From: a virus
Lineage: Duplodnaviria > Caudoviricetes
Direction: 5' to 3' (one strand)
Virus record (IMG/VR): IMGVR_UViG_3300025653_000124
Location: 1 to 34,356 of that record
DNA length: 34,356 nt
In this document: positions 34,183-34,356 of the stretch, in pieces
How positions within the stretch are numbered: the first letter of the stretch is position 1
How the letters are laid out: each line of letters opens with the position of its first letter
The notes under the pieces: generated by a model
Told to the model about the DNA's origin: nothing
The model's database searches: none
What the model saw: the letters and a program-made list of their open reading frames with translations, nothing else
Position numbers and translations under genes: made by a program

Positions 34183-34356
34183 ATGAAAAAACAACTAACT
34201 CGCAAAGAACGTGGCCTTGGCAAATATGATGCACCGTTAAAATTTCAATACGAGAAAGGCTACAAGGATTTTCGACAGGGGCGTGTCGTTAATCCATTCC
34301 CTGATGATACAATGCAATACAGGGAGTGGGAACGTGGGTTTAACAAAGCCTACTAC
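34183..34356 (+). CDS. RMF/CrpP-like small protein (runs off window)
   Basis: Hand-translated ...QYEKGYKDFRQGRVVNPFPDDTMQYREWERGFNKAYY; AGGAG RBS. Confidence 0.55.
   Translation, partial: MKKQLTRKERGLGKYDAPLKFQYEKGYKDFRQGRVVNPFPDDTMQYREWERGFNKAYY

Noticed and set aside
1-34356. tRNA genes, introns/inteins in TerL, Pol, helicase or RNR, and a phage RNA polymerase
   Set aside because: No cloverleaf or T-loop motif was noticed in intergenic DNA, the proteins are of normal length without Hint motifs, and no RNAP-sized ORF is present in the window.

Overview
A 34-kb slice of a marine podovirus genome, most consistent with an HMO-2011-type phage of Alphaproteobacteria (probably Roseobacter group). 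The family-A DNA polymerase carries the diagnostic DnaJ-like CxxCxGxG zinc finger, a tyrosine integrase sits directly upstream of separate primase and helicase genes, and no RNA polymerase gene is present in the window. Bases 1-14900 are minus-strand late genes: tail tubular B/A, major capsid, scaffold, a 713-aa virion protein, portal, TerL/TerS, a holin-endolysin-u-spanin cassette, a DUF1127 gene and small basic proteins. Bases ~14900-15790 are a divergent, highly structured non-coding hub and the probable genome terminus. Bases 15793-34356 are plus-strand early and replication genes: many small ORFs, a Cys-rich gp88-like protein, a DenV-like glycosylase, an SleB-like hydrolase, DUF932, integrase, primase, helicase, ThyX, Pol A, SSB, a Cas4-like nuclease, endonuclease I and a class II RNR. 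The most notable unexplained signals are (i) a 14-18 bp palindrome ccGTCCAACNTTGGACag repeated five times in the early region and integrase, (ii) long hairpins with a shared C-TTTA-G loop in front of early genes, (iii) a [FMY]-x-[KEDQR]-G-G-hydrophobic peptide motif recurring in unrelated late proteins, (iv) a split DUF5872-like gene, and (v) ArfA-like, RMF-like and DUF1127 small proteins that suggest control of host translation or RNA. All family calls come from motif recognition, not database searches.
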